A stretch of 64,000 nucleotides of DNA from Fimbriosthenelais zetlandica. Its lineage: Eukaryota. Position 1 is the first letter of the stretch. Every line of letters begins with the position of its first letter. The DNA lies in assembly GCA_977030845.1 (NCBI GenBank), contig OZ365110.1, positions 22,320,001 through 22,384,000 on the forward strand. The letters run 5' to 3'. A program made the position numbers and the translations under genes. Below, in pieces: positions 63,601-64,000 of the stretch. Below the pieces are notes generated by a model. It made no database searches, had not been told where the DNA came from, and worked only from the letters and a program-made list of their open reading frames with translations.

Positions 63601-64000
63601 CTTTATATATTATGTTGACATTAATTCACACTTAAGGCATTTATACTCAATTATAGCAACTTCTGTGCCAAAATATTGCAGACAAAATACTTTGGGCTTA
63701 ACTTTTACATGACCCTCCCATTATTATAATACAGGGGCTCATGTTTACCTTTGGTTTTTCTGCAGTTTAATGGCTGAAATAGTTGTTAGACCATTCTTAT
63801 CTATAGGCTCTCCACTTATTGTGAGGTCCTGCACCAACTGTCCATTTGTAGCACCTCCAAATTAGTAGGTCTACGTTTCTGCTACTTAGGAGTTAGGGGA
63901 CTTCAACCATAGACGTCCCAACTTCAACTGACCGCCCGCCAGAGGATCACAATATCACGACGCCATCTAGTGAGAAAGGATTCTTTATCATGGACACGTG

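Overview
AT-rich eukaryotic (animal-like) repeat-dense DNA with no recognisable host gene, rRNA, tRNA or CRISPR array. The first 17 kb hold a three-layer nest of young mobile elements. (1) A 5'-truncated CR1/L2-group LINE (2631-2996 joined to 14330-16724) whose ORF2 becomes continuous and stop-free when the insert is removed. (2) An 11.3-kb TIR DNA element (2997-14329; CCCAGC..GCTGGG ends, TT duplication, CACGTG-rich subterminal arrays, no transposase ORF seen) inserted into that LINE. (3) Inside it, a 3.9-kb Ngaro-type tyrosine-recombinase (YR) retroelement (6171-10098) with identical split direct repeats A1..B1-A2-B2, intact gag and YR ORFs and an RNase H domain, but no reverse-transcriptase domain. 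The remaining ~47 kb appears to be a graveyard of decayed DIRS1-like and Ngaro-like RT/RNase H/YR fragments, almost all on the minus strand. It also contains a TTAA MITE, small tandem repeats and a perfect 57-bp palindrome. The relic calls rest on by-eye motif matching in broken reading frames and need HMM confirmation.
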